64,000 bases of DNA from the human T2T-CHM13v2.0 reference genome, Homo sapiens. The position numbers were made by a program, and so were the translations under genes. The notes beneath the pieces are model-generated. The model saw only the letters and a list, made by a program, of their open reading frames with translations, did no database searches and was not told where the DNA came from. Positions 43,752-58,917 of the stretch are shown here, piece by piece (position 1 is the first letter of the stretch; each line of letters starts with the position of its first letter). Where the stretch lies: the NCBI RefSeq assembly GCF_009914755.1, contig NC_060937.1. The stretch is one strand, 5' to 3'.

Positions 43752-45762
43752 TGTTTCAAATCCCTTTTCTATTGCATATATCCACAGTTTCTGCCGTATT
43801 TGCCTTGAGAATGGGGACCTCTGAGGTAGAAAGTCATGCCAATTGTTTCATGTTGTGATAAGTACTCAGTACCATCTGAATACCTCACAAATATTGAATT
43901 ATATTCTTCTCAATGTCTAAGTCTCTCTCTGGCTGTATGTTAGAATGTCCTTTCATTCAAATCTTTTGGGGACCATTAGGAGTTGAATTTTACTATTTTA
44001 GCATGTATTATAGTAGATCAAAAATCCATACTTCATGAGTGAGGCAATATATAGATTTGAGATTCTATCAGATTGCAAAGTAACAAGAAAGTAGAAGGAG
44101 GATCACCCTGTGGGAATGAGGGACCAGCTAACCAAGCAGTCAGAGAAAGAGCCTGAATTGTAGTTCCCCAGGGATGGAATGAAAGAAGACACAACCAAGA
44201 AATTTAGCTCTTTAGATCTAATAGAAACCTCAAAGAATTAGATTCCAAGAATTGATGGATGAAAATTGTTTCAGGATTTAAAAAACTCAGCAAGGTTCCA
44301 TTTCCTCTTTTCATCCTTGAGTACTGGAAAGAGCAAAAGCTTTTGAGTGAGACAGAGCAGGGTTCAAATCCTAACTCCAACAATTTAGGCAAGTAACCTG
44401 CTCTCTCTGAGAGTCATTTTTCTTATCTAGAAAATGGATAGTATTTACCTTAATAGGTCCAGGCATATAGGAAATGATAGCTGTTATTCTGTACTTTTTA
44501 TATAAGTAGGACAAACTTAGAGTCATGAAAAAAAGTGTTGTCACACTTATTTTTTTTTTGCTTTTCTTAGAAGAAAAAAAGGCTATATCTTCAAAGTGTT
44601 CAATAGCACAGAAAGAAAAAAGAAAATGAAGGGCACATTTTGTAGAATCAAGATTTTTTCCTCAAATTCAATCATAGCCCCATAATGAGCTAATGAGGGT
44701 GGGACATTGCTCTCTTGTATCTCTCATTGCTACATTTACTAGCTTTCATCTGAGAGAATGAGGGAAGCTTTAGTTCACATACTTGAATACTGTTCCAAAT
44801 GTCTCACGTTTCTGATAATGTCCTTCAGGACCCTGAGCAAACTAACTATAAAAAAGATGAATGACTGTGGATTATTCAGTAGGTTCTTGGTATCCTTTCA
44901 GAAACGTTAAGAACAGCTCCTTAACTCTTCACTCATAAACTTGGTGTTGTTTCCCCTTGGGTAATTTCTCTCATCTTTGAAGTTGAGTCCCATCAGTTGT
45001 CAGTGGCATGATTTATTCACGTCCAGGGCCAATGGAAGAAGCACAAGGGTGGGAGGCTGTTAGCTCTCGCCAGCGCCCCCTCTGGCCACTCCGGCAAAGG
45101 CCGCCAAGTGACAGCACACTGAATTCCTGTGCAAGGCTCTGGTGTGGGTGGAGGCGGCTCTGAGCAGAGCCCAGAATGTTGGAACAAGAGTGGGGTGGCC
45201 TGGCTTGCTGCTTCTGAACCTATCTCATCCTCACTACTCTGATTAGAGAAAAAAAAAAGGGAGAAGGCTTGCAAGTACTGTGCAATAGAGGTGGTAGTTT
45301 TACATAAATCTAAAAAATTTGGCCTGAGGTTTATGGAGAATCAAAACAACTTAAGGAATGCATTTTTTTCATATAAAATACCTGATAATTAACCTCTTCT
45401 TACTTTTTAGTTATTAAACTTGAATCTTGGTGGGTCTTTTTTTTTGACAGTATTAAGTCAAATCTGTGATATGTATAAAGTATCACTGACATGCTCAGAA
45501 AATACCTTTATCCTACACCACCCCCAATGGCTCCCAAGTGTGTGACTTAGTGAGTTCATCAGTTCAAATCAAGGAAACTTATTGCCGAGTATTCTCCCTT
45601 CTTGGGAGAACTCAAATGTTTCATTCCTGTGTCTCACTTCTTTCTCATCCTGAAGCTGAATTTAGTCATAATTGTTATACTGCTATAGCATTTGACACTT
45701 TTCGAAACATGTTTATTCACAATATTACAAGCAGAGGAGATTTCACTGTTTTTGCTTTTTAG

Positions 45763-46130
<368 letters not shown>

Positions 46131-46139
46131 CTATCTATT

Positions 46140-47050
46140 ACAGTCTTGGATACTGATAAATTTATAGAATCCCTGAGTCTAGAGAAGAAACCACACATAT
46201 CAGCTTTTTAGTTGCAAGTTAATTTTGAGATAAGTTCAATCTTAAAAAATCAAATTATAAATGCATTGGAAGAAAATTTTTAAAAATATTGTTATGATTT
46301 GGGGGAAAATAGAGAAAAACTTTATAACTGGGGATCTCAGGACAAAGTCATAGTGAAAAATATTGCTAGACTTAAGGGCTTAAAACACACACACACACAT
46401 ACACACAGATTCAAAATTTCTGAATGGTAAAAAATATATTCTGATATATTTTGGAATTTATCAAGCAGAAAGGCAAATGATAAAAATTTTAAAAGGTAAC
46501 ATGTTTAATATATAAAGAGTTCTTGCAAACAAATAAAGAAAAGATGTCTCCATATGTTAACAATGGATCTAAATTGCAAATTCACAGCAGAAAAAATAAA
46601 AATGGCCAATAAACATAAAAAGTTTTAACCTTCCTGGTAACAAATTTAAAAAATTAAAACAATAAAATTTTCCAACATGGTGGGGAAAAATAAAATAAAA
46701 TAATAATACACAGTTTTGGCTAGGACTTTGGGAAATAGGTAACTTCCTGCTATGGTTTTGGGAATTTTAGTTTGGAGATCAGTTTGACATTATGTATCAA
46801 AATCCTTGAAAAAGAGCATAATATCTGATCCAGGTTAGGGGTGAATTATCAGCCAGTAATTGGACAAGTTGCCAAAGATACAAGTGCAAAAATGTAAATG
46901 GCGGTATTTTTATTTTAATCATGAAAAATGAGAAACAACTTAAATTATTGGTAATATGGGGTCATAGATGTCATAATTAAGCCATAAAAAGAAAGGCTAC
47001 CAAATACAGTACCATGAATAGTTTGATGTAATTTTATTCAGGAAAAATGC
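46140..47050 (+). mobile_element. Ancient L1ME-like fragment
   Basis: A-rich; 'aattcacagcagaaaaaataaaatggccaataaacat' and 'gagaaacaacttaaat'. Confidence 0.55.
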
Positions 47051-47159
47051 ACACATATTAGTAAATACACACATATATAAATATATGTCATAGTGTACAT
47101 ACAAATTATATATATTTCTATGTGTGCATGCATATGTGTGTATATATATGGAGAGAGAG

Positions 47160-47390
47160 AGACAGTGCCAGTCTTGGTTCTCAGTGCTTTACATATAACA
47201 ATTCATTTAATCCTCCCTACAACCCCAAGAAGTGAGTGCTGTAATAAACTCCATTTCACAAATGAGGAAACTGAGGCGGAAAGAGGGAAGCACTTGCCTA
47301 AAGTCACACAGCTAATGAATGGCAAAGCCAGGATTTGAATCCAGATATTGAGGCCCCTAAGTCTTCCGTCCTAAGCACCAACCCAGCTGC
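47160..47390 (-). mobile_element. MIR SINE
   Basis: 'atttcacaaatgaggaaactgaggc...cttgcctaaagtcacacagctaatg...ggatttgaatcc'. Confidence 0.85.
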
Positions 47391-48899
47391 CCTGGGTGAC
47401 ATAGGGAGCTCTATGCCCTCTGCTCTAAACAGATAGACAAAGGCTTGGGGGACGCACAGTAACTGGCATTCATTGCTTACCTCTGGGTGGTGGGATGATA
47501 GAGGGGACTTCTGTTTATTATTTGAAAAAATTAAATCAATACTTTCTGATTTTTCTGCACTTACAAATCACTTAGTGGTGAAGCAAAACAAGTGTTTTTG
47601 TTTTGTTTAGTTTTTGAACTACAAAGTTTAGAAAACATGGATTTCTTCCCTTGTCCCGGTAACTTACAGGCCAAAATAGGATTAAGGGAGGGCTGGCCTA
47701 GCTTTCCCCACTCCATCTCTCTGCTAAGCCCTTGATTGTGAAGCCTCACAAAGACACAAAATGTGTGTGGGGGGTTTGCTTTTTCGTTTTCATTTTATTT
47801 CTTTCTGAACATTCTATGCCTGTCAATTTTTTTTAGTAAAGGAACTATTGCGTTAGGCCCAGCATTCCAAAGACCTGACATGCAGGCCGGGAATTCAGGC
47901 CGCTCATGTGAGGGGGCCTCTCCCTCTGGCTGTTGTCAGCCAGGCATTGCCAGGTTTCTTGTTATTTCTGCTCAGTGTTTTTTTTTTTGTTTGTTTGTTT
48001 TGTTTTTTCCCAAATCACAGGGGATTTTAATGTGAGGAAAATTCTCTCTCTATTTTTTTTTTTTTTTGTGACTCAAAAAGTTTTGGCTTTTATGATTGTG
48101 ACAAATACCTAGGGGACTAGAAATAGTACAGTGTTTCCTGGTATTAAATAAATAGAAGTTTTTAAAAGAGAACACAGATTTCTGAAATCTCTGTCAACTT
48201 GATCGACTCTGAGGTGGACGTGTTTAGACTCTTCAGGACCTTGGTGGTGGTGACGGTCATAATGATGGTCACAATTTTCTGGGGGCTGGCCCTGTGCTCT
48301 GCCTTGTGCAAAGTGCTTTCCGCACATTCTTTTTATTGACCGCTCCTAGCATACATGGGAAGGAGTTAAGGGTATCCCCCCTTTTTGCAGGGCCCAGTGG
48401 TTTCCTGGCTGCCATGGAGTCACAGACCTCTGAAGTGGAAGTGCTGGGATCTTAACTCAGGTCTGTCCAAGTTCGAAGTGTGTGCCTGACCATGCAGTTC
48501 GGGTCTAAGACCAGAGGTAAATACTGACTTTGTGGAGAGTGAGTGCCCACTTCCTATTCCCTCATCCACCCTGGAAAGCACCGGGACAAAGGGGCTCAAT
48601 CAACGTTTATGGAATGAATGAATGACTGGGTGAATGAATGCATGAACACAGCCCCCACCAACATGCCAAAGGATGTGAACAACAGAAAAAAGGCCACTGT
48701 GTAAAGTTCCTTTTAAAGCTTTAAGACAAGGACTTGAGGGATGAGGAGTCTGGGTTTTGGGTGGCTTTATTCTCTTTTGGTCCGGATTCTTTTAAATGTG
48801 GAGGGGGAATACTTTAAGTTCTGGAGACAGAGAAGGGTGCTGAGGGTTGCCTAGAGAAGACAGAATAACTTACTCTAAATTCCAGTTTGGTCTCTAGAG

Positions 48900-49278
48900 C
48901 GGGGAGTGGCAAACCTTCTTTGGAAAAGGGTAAGCAGTAAACATTTTAGGCTTTAAGGACCAGAGAGTCTCTGTTGCAACTGCTTAGCTCTGCTTATGTA
49001 GCATGGAAGCAGCCATATGTAAACAAATGGATGTGGCTGTGTTTCAATAAAACTTTATTTAAAGACTTTGAAATGTGAGCTTACTTTGTATTATTTTTGC
49101 ATGTCACAAAATTATTACTCTTCTTTTGTTTTTTTTCAACTATTTAACAATACTACCCAAAATGAGCTACAGATTCAGTGCAATCTCTATACAAATGAAA
49201 AAACATTCTTAATCATGGTCATACAAAAATAGGCAGCAGGCTGGACTTGGCTGGTGGACCATACTTTTCCCACTCCTG
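48900..49278 (+). mobile_element. MER58B-like hAT-Charlie MITE
   Basis: 'ggcaaacc...gtaaacattttaggcttt...ggctgtgtttcaataaaactttattt'; degenerate 8-bp TSD ctctagag / ttctatag. Confidence 0.85.
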
Positions 49279-49829
49279 TTCTATAGTCCAGAGAGATGTG
49301 AAGAGTGAAGCTTTTCATCTTTTCCATCTTGTCAGCTCAGCTGCCTTGGGTAGGAAGGGGTTTATAAAAAGTGCTTCTTCACTGCATCAGCTGTATGGCT
49401 GGGCAAGTTACAAGTCACTGGCACTCCGTGTGCCTCTTTTTCCCCTTCTATAAAATGGGAATATAAATAGTTCATAGTTTGGAGGAGTAGATAAAATCAT
49501 CCATTGAAGGCACTTAGAACAGTGTCTGACATGGGGAAATCTTCACTAAATGTCAGCCATTCTCATTATGGTTGTTGTGGTTGATGCTGTTTGTCAGTGG
49601 GGTGGAGAAAGTCATGAAATCCAAGGAACAATTTGGCCCTTTGTTCCAGGAGCAGCAATAATTTTGACAATACTACGGGATTCCCTGGGTTCACCCCTTG
49701 ACTTTCCGAATCTGCCCATTTTAGGGTGTGAATCTTTAGAGTTGGATGGGTCTTCTAGTGAAACCCCCTTTCTAAAGCCAATCTTATCTGTAGACACCGT
49801 TACTAAGAGCCATCCCTCGGTTTTTTAGT

Positions 49830-50360
49830 CTCTTATAAGATAGTCAGGTGCAACCACAAGAGGAGATGCAGGAGAGGCTCAGGGAAAAAAGAAGCCGATT
49901 ATACTCACAGGTCCTAGGGACAAGGGGCACACACACTGTGTTGGTCCATATGAGAAAGACACCAGGGTGGAGCTCGCAGAAGATAGGATGAGGGGGAGAT
50001 TTAAGCCATAACCTTTGTTGGGGTTTCTGGGGAAAGGCAAGGCAGGGCAGGGTGAATGGTTTTGGATGGGCTAGATTGAATAATTCTGGCAGGCTTTTGG
50101 CTACAAAGAGGGGTCTCTGTTGCTGGCACCTGGTCCTGGGATGATGTAGGCAGAGGAATACTGCCTCCTGGGATGCACTGGCCAGATACAGGAGGTCTGG
50201 CACTGCACTGGTTAGTTTGCATATCAAAGACATGCTTCAGTCTGAGTCCTTTCTCTAAGAATTGGCCAGATCCAGGAGGGGCCATCTCTCACCAACCAGA
50301 AAGGTTTTTTAAAATGCCAAAACATCACAGCATACAGAAAATTTTAAAGTCTTTGCAACA
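49830..50360 (-). mobile_element. ERVL LTR (MER74/MER88-like group)
   Basis: Minus strand reads 'ttttctgtatgctgtgatgttttggcat...ggcccctcctggatctggccaattcttagag', similar to the LTR at 15058. Confidence 0.6.
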
Positions 50361-51719
50361 TACCCTCTCAAATGTGATTTCAACTGCATCCAACCCCATT
50401 AAAAGTTCTAGATGAGCCCTCAGTTGTGTCCTGTACCTAACCAACACTCCTGTTCTTAGGCTTAGAGACCCTCCATCCTTACTTTCTCCTACATAACTGG
50501 CTGTGCTCGTGTCCGCCTCCTAGGTCCTCCATCTCCTCCTCCAACACTTATTGACCACTAGTAGCTGGCTTGACTTGAGGCCCCTGGAGACAGGGAACAG
50601 GTCTTAGGCATCTTGGAGTCCCACACTCCTAGCCCATGCCAGCATTCCATCAGTGTTTGTAGAATTGAGTGGTACCCTGGTTCCCACACGTGGTTCACAT
50701 TAACAGACTCACTCTTCTCCAAAGTCACTTGCGCCTCCTCCAGACGCTCCATGTACCGGATGGTCCCAGCTGCTGCAATGTCCTAACCTACATTTGCCCC
50801 AGTGCCCCACAGCACTGAGCACCCTACCAGCAATTAAAGAGGTTTAACCAAAGTGCAAAAGCACATACGTAACCAGGATCAACTGACTGGCCTGGGAAAG
50901 CTTCTGTGTGAACTCTGCCACCAGAAGTGAGTGTTTGTTTGGGCAGACAGGAAGCAGTGAACTCAGAGAATAACACAGGCAGAGCCCAATGAGGTAAGCA
51001 GAGGGAAGGAAGTAAAATTTTCCATTCTAGTTTAGCCATGACTAAAGTTGTCAGGAATCAATGCAATAACTTCGAATTTGAACGTATTTGCATGAGTGGA
51101 TCTCTGCAAATCTGGGCTTTTATTTTCCCATATGTTCCTACTTTAGCTTTCACAAGACTTTTTACAGTTACAATTGCAGAAGAAATGATCTGAGACATGT
51201 TCAGATATATTTTGTTCATTTATTTAACAAACACTCAATAGTGCTTATTTATGCCAGGCACTGTTCTCAGAACTTTATATATAACCATGACTCAATGCTG
51301 CTTTCCATTCATTTATTCATTCATTCAATAAAAATAAATATGATATCTTCTGTGAAACCACATTGTACCAGGAATAAAAAGGCATAAGATGCTGTTTTCT
51401 TTTCTCTTGGGCTTAGAGGGTGAGACAGACAAGTAAATCAATAACACAACGCTTATAGTACAGGATGTGGTAAGGGGACACACAATATGTATCATTTGTC
51501 CTATGGGACAAGGAGGAAGGACACCAAAATTAGCCTTGAGTAGGTGATGTTGAAACTGGGTCTTAAAAGATGAGTGAGGGGCTGTGAAGACAGTAGGAAG
51601 CTGTGTGGCAGGAACAGCTTGTCCACAGCATCAAGGGAAAGCCAGCTGCACCCTCAGGGAGCTGCAAGCCATCTTCCACAGCCTTAAGCAAAGGCTGTGT
51701 ATCTGAGCATGAGGAAGGG

Positions 51720-52405
51720 GCTTAGACAGCTTGGGCAGCCATCACAAAGTGCCACCAACTTTGTGTCTTAGTCTGTTTATGCTGTGATAACAGAATACCA
51801 CCAACTGGGTAACTTATAAAGAACAGAAATGTATTTGCCTCACAGTTCCAGAGGCTGAGAAGTCCAAGATCAAGGTGCCAGCATCTGGGAGAGGCTTCTT
51901 GCTGTGTCCTCCTGTGGCAAAAGGTGAAAGGATCAGAGAGAACCAGACTCACTTTTATAACCCAATGTCCATAACAAACCGGCTCCTGAGATAATGACAT
52001 TAATCCCTGCATGAGGCAGTGCCCTCAGGACCTAATCACCTCTTATTAGACCTCACTTCCCAACACTGTTGCCTTGGGGATTAAGTCTCCAATCCACGGA
52101 CTTTGCTTTGAATTGGTTTGACACATTCAAACCAGAGCAAGATGCAAGTTCAGTTTCCGATGAGGGCTCTCTCCCTGGTTTGTAGATGGCTGCCACCTGC
52201 TGTATCCTCATGTGGTCTTTCCTCTGTATGCCCACAAACTCTGGAGCTGTTCTCTTCTTATATGGGTGCCAGTCCTATGGGATTGAAGTCCCACCCTTAT
52301 GACCTCATTTGACCTGAGTGAATTTTCTAAACTATCTCCAAATACAGTCACATCCTATGGTGCTGGGTGTTAGGACTTCAGTATATGAATTGCTAGGGGG
52401 ACGTG
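51720..52405 (-). mobile_element. Nested MaLR LTRs: MST-type (about 51763-52139) inside MLT1A/B-type
   Basis: Two MaLR ends in series: 'tgtcttagtctgttt...cacattcaaacc', then 'gagggctctctccctggtttgtagatggc...ggacttcagtatatgaatt'. Confidence 0.7.
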
Positions 52406-52419
52406 GGTAGGAGGGATTG

Positions 52420-53760
52420 GGAGAGAGGAGACTGGTATGAAGGCTACTGAGATAGTACTGAGAAAAAGTGGCAGAAAGCTAAGCAAAATCAATGGCAGTG
52501 GGGGTGGGAAGGAACCAAGAGATTCCTGAGATTTGTAGAAGGCAGAGTCAGTGGGTGGAGGCACCCAGTTGGCTAGGAGGACTGGGGTGGAGGAACAGCA
52601 GAAGAGCGTAGGGGTGGAGGGAGGAAGTGAGAGGGTGCAGTCTAGGATGCCCTCACAGCGCTGGATGGAGGGATAGTGATGCCTCCCTGGGATGAGAAAC
52701 ACAGGAGAAACAGCACATTGGGCAGGAGGAAGACGATGAGTTGCAGGTGCCAGGGGGAAATCACGTGGAGAGGTTAGCAGGAAGTTGTGTAGATTGGTCA
52801 GAGAGCCTGACAAGAAATCTGGCCTGGAGCTAGAGATTCAGACATCATCAGCTTGTAAGTGGTCATCAGAGCCAAAGATTTGGACAAAGTCATCCAGGAA
52901 AGGTGGACAAGGACAGAACTCTGCAGTTCAGGAAAATGAGTGGCCTGAAATGAGGGAGAAAGAGTGGGAGAAGACAGGGAGCTGACACTATTACTCGAGA
53001 ACCGGGCACTGAGCTAGATGCTGTGAGTGGGCGGTCAACTCATTGTACTCTTACAGAAGTCCCCTGATGTAGGCATCAAACAAACACTTACATTGCACTT
53101 ACTATGTGTCAGACAATTCTTTGCCATAACACATCAAATCCTTACAAACCTCACACTTCACATATGAGGAAACTGAAACACATAGGAGTAATGTGTTCAA
53201 GACTGCAGGCTAGATTCAAGATTCCAACCCAGGTGACAAGGTACCAAAGTCTGAGCTCTTAACGGTGTTGCTATCCTCCCTCTCCCTCTATTACCCTAAT
53301 TTTAAAAATGAGAAAATGAACGACAGGAGAGTTTAGGAAACTTGCTCAAGATGACATGGTTAGCAAATGTTAGAGTTAGATTTTTCAACTCTAAACCCTT
53401 TGCACCTTTCACTACATTGTGCAAGTTCTTCACAAGCTAAGGGAAGAGAGAACTGCAGGGACAAGTGTAGTCTAGTGAGATCAAAACAGAAAGTGTTTAT
53501 GAGGTTTAGTAACAAGGAGGTCATTGGAGACTTGGTCAGTTTCAGGAGGTGTGATGGGCAGAAGTCAAGGTATAAAGTCTTGAGGAGTAAATGTCAGGCA
53601 AGGAATTTAGAGAATTTTTTCAGGGAGTTTGACCATAGAGTGAAGAAGAGAGATGGAAATGTACTAAAAGGGAAAGTGAGATGTTAAAATGTTTAAAAAG
53701 TTATTTTTTTTAAGACAAAAGAAACCTGTAGATGTTTGTATGCTGACAGAAAAATCCAAA
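52420..53760 (-). mobile_element. L2 fragments with intervening MIRs (about 52985-53400)
   Basis: 'ctggagctagagattcagacatcatcagc' and 'tttagtaacaaggaggtcattggagactt'; MIR 'atgaggaaactgaaac'. Confidence 0.6.
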
Positions 53761-54901
53761 AATGGTGGCAGTGGTGGTGCCTAATTGATTTTTAATCTTT
53801 TGTGAATTTGGTAAGGTTGAATCAAATTTCTGAATATGAACTTTGGACCCCCAAAGCTGAGAAACTGAGCCTGTGAGCTGCTGATGTCCCCATAGCACAG
53901 TTACCTTAATGGGGACACATAAGGATGGCAAAATCTTTATCTTGTCTTTTACCTGTGAGCATAGCCACAGACTCACCAATGGGTGATTGCCTTGCTATAA
54001 AGTCTCTAAATTTGAGTGGTAACATTATAGCTAAACTGTTAATCTCACTTGTAGCGTAAATAGCTGTGAGGTACCCTACCCCAACTGCAAAGATTTAAAA
54101 CCATGAGAAATCACTGCTGGTGAGAAGACAAATTGGTGCCAGCCTTTAGGAGAATAATGACACACGTTTCCAGAGCAATGCACATTCTCATATCATTTGT
54201 CCCAGTAATTCCATCTCTGAGAGCTTGGATACAGAAAAACGAAATCAAAGTATGAAGATGTTTATTGCAGCATTGTTTATAAGGAAAAACAAGAAACAAT
54301 CTGAGTGTTCAAGAGTAAAGAAATGTCTAGACAAACAATAGAATATACACTTGATGGAAAATAGCATAGTGATTTAAAATACTATTCACAAAGAAAATGA
54401 AATTTTCACAACATAATATACATATAATGTTAAATGCACAAAGCCGAATAAAAATTCTACGATAGGAACACAACTATGTAAGCAAACCAAAAAAAGACTG
54501 AAAAGGTCGTCACCAGGAGTGATTGTTTGCCTGGCTGGTACTTGGGTAATGAAAAAGACATTAAACATGAAAAGATCTCTCTAGCTCTCTACTTATTAGC
54601 AATGGCTTACATTACATTGAATACTATTTTTTTTCTGTTCACTTTTTCATATCTTTCTCTGGCATTTTGGTAATGCATAAATTACCCATAAAGAAATGCA
54701 GGTGTTTTGCTGAAAACGCATCAAATGAAACCTCTAGACAACATACCAAGAAAGCATCTTTAAAATATTTTTATTATGCTCAACATCATTTTTCTGTATA
54801 AAACAATACACATTTATTTGGAAAATACAGGAAAAGTGTAAAATCACACAACTGTGGTGAGGTAAAGAAAAATTTCGTTTAATTCTTCTACTCAGATCTA
54901 A

Positions 54902-55280
<379 letters not shown>

Positions 55281-55639
55281 TAATTCTGATATAAAACCCC
55301 GATGTAACATTTTACCCTTCAAGAAAGCCAAATCATTCATAGACAGTGTGGTGTAGGTTTAAGGACAATCAAGAGTTGTTGAGCTTGATCTATGTGAAGC
55401 TCATAGGGTGAGTTGTTGAGTTCGATCTATGTGGAATGGGGAGAGTAGGGGCTGGTGAGGGCTCTGTAGTGGACCTGCCCTCCTTGACTTACTAATTGAA
55501 AGCAACTTCTGCAGCTGTTATTGTTGTTGAGGTTGTATTCCACCAGCAGGTTGGAGACACAGGCAAAATATAACTAGATTTCAGCCACATGTTTGGACAT
55601 GGTGCCAGAAGACTAGTTCATGCTGATTCCTGCATTTCT

Positions 55640-56770
55640 CCCTGTTATTTGAGGACAGGGGCCATCCTCTATTTAACTCTGTATCTCCAGCAAAGCACTG
55701 AACATAGCAGATGCTCAATTAACATATGTTGAAGTAAACTAAAGGCCTAGGTTCAAATTCCTACCCTATCATGTATTAGCTAGATGCCCCCATCCACTTC
55801 TTTGGCTTCAACCCCGTCTTTGATCTAGAGACTTTCAAATCTCAATCATTGACCTTGTCTTTCCAAAACGCCAGACCCAACTAACTCCTTGCCTCCTGGA
55901 CTTTTCTACCTTGATGTTCCATAAGTAGCTCAAAATCAGTATGTCCCCCCTGAACTCATCACTATCTCTCCTCAAACTCCTACTCTTCCTCCTGTGAACC
56001 CTAGCTTCGTTAATGGTGTCACCATCTCTCTGGGTACCCAAGCAAGAGACTAAGTGGGTCTCTCTGCTCTTTTTCATTTATTTACTCATAAGATCCTTCC
56101 TGCTGACTCTGACTCAAAAATGTTGAAACCTCATCTCCATTCCCATAGCTGCTTCTGTTCAGACCCCCATCATATGTTATCTGGATTATTACATCAATCT
56201 CCTAACTGGTTTCTCTGCCTCTGATCTTCCTGTTTCAAAACATCTTCTTTGGTCATAACCAAAGGTGTCTATCTGAACTGAGGCATAATTATATCACTTC
56301 CTTTCTTTAAAACATCCCAAGGCTCCTCATTGTCTTAAGAATCCAAATTCCTGACAACTCAGAGGGTCTGTCACAATCTGGCTCCAACAGCCCTTTCTGG
56401 TCTCATCTCATATAAAACTGACCCCTCTTATCCCAAATAGGATGGTCTGCCCTAGCTGTTTAAAAATTTCCCCCCTCCCCCAGATGGAACCATAGCATCT
56501 CTCTTTGCATAGAATGGTACAGAATCTTCTCTCCCATCTCCTTATTGCTGCTGCTCCTTCCCCTGGGAGCCTCCCCTGTGTATTGGAAGTCTAGCCATGT
56601 GTCACCTCCTTTGAGCACCCTTCTTGGGGCAGAACCACTTATTTCTCATAGTGCTTAGTCCATACATCTATGGTAGCACTTATTGGATCCTTGTGTGTGT
56701 GTGTGTGTGACCTCAGAGCTTAAGATGGTCCCTGGTGCATAGTGATGACTCTGTCAATGTTTGGGACAAG
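55640..56770 (+). mobile_element. L2 fragments
   Basis: 'tgcctcctggacttttctaccttgatgttccataag...ctcaaaatcagtatgtcc' and 'cctggtgcatagtgatgactc'. Confidence 0.65.
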
Positions 56771-58039
56771 AGTGAAGTTCTAAATAGGGCACAATGGATT
56801 TAACTGCTGGCACCAAATCCCTCCCCTGTGAAAACAGCCCCAGCCTCTGAGTCCTGTCTACAGTCTCAGCCCACCCCAGACCCATTCTCTTTGCAGGGAT
56901 CCTCAAACCTCCCTTTGCAAGAAGATCTTCTGGATGCTTTTTTCACAGGTAGAGCATCCTTCCTGCGCCACAAAAGGTTGAGTGGGTAGTGATCAATTCA
57001 TGCTCAGTGAATTAGATTTGTTCAGAGAGGCCCAGAGATGGGGTAATGATCCCATGGGTAAAAGATCCATGTCTGGAGAAAGGATAGGTGTGCACCTAGA
57101 AGAAGAGAAGAGAGTGGGGCTCATTTATATTCTGAGATTTAAATGAGATGTGGCGGGAGGACTCTTCATCCCATCTGATTAAACCTACACAAGAGTTCAT
57201 GTGGGGGCACACAAAGACTAACTAAGGATATTCTCTACGTTCTACTCAACTTTTGGGATGTAGCTTAGAATCCTAAAACACAGTACTACAGAAAGCCTCG
57301 AAACTAGGCTAGATTCTCCTCCCATCCCATCCAGGCTTCTCCGCAGCAGAAATAGGTGTTTAATTAAATGGAATAATATAGTTCTCCTTTCATACCTCAG
57401 GAGATCAATGAGCCCATAGCTAGCACTCACATATTTATAGACTGAAGAAATGAACATATTCTGGGGCTCAAGGAGATCACCACCTACTGGGGAGGCAGGG
57501 GAGAAGGGAGGATGCTAGGACCCTGCTATCCCCACTACACGGCACATTGCAGTCTAGGGTTCACCGTGCAGTAGAAAGGAGAAGCAAAGCGATGAAACCC
57601 TCGTGGGATTCGTGAAGGCTTTATGGAAAAGCGATGTGATGATCAGTGGGATTTCTAGGGGGAAGGGATCCAGGGCCAGCAACCAGCTGAAGGAAAGGCT
57701 GAAAGGAGGGAAATGCAGGGTACGATCTGGATGGAGTTAAAATGGCAGAAAACTGAGGCTGAGTGAGAGGTCTGGTACTGAGGTGGGGATCGGAGTTCCA
57801 GCACTGGCCTTTGACAGCCTCTGGGTCCCAGGTGGAATGGGTAGGGCCAGAGCCCTTGCCTTCTTCTCCAATCAACACCAGGGGTGTGGTGTCTTAGGCA
57901 AGGATGGGTGCTGTGCGCCCTGCCGCCCACCATAGGCAGGGCCTGGGAACCCGGGGAGGACTCTCCCCACCTCCAGCCTCCGGCAGTGTCCGCCAGGCAG
58001 GGCGGGGGCCAGCGCTGGTGTTGAGTAGTGGACCCCAGG

Positions 58040-58917
<878 letters not shown>

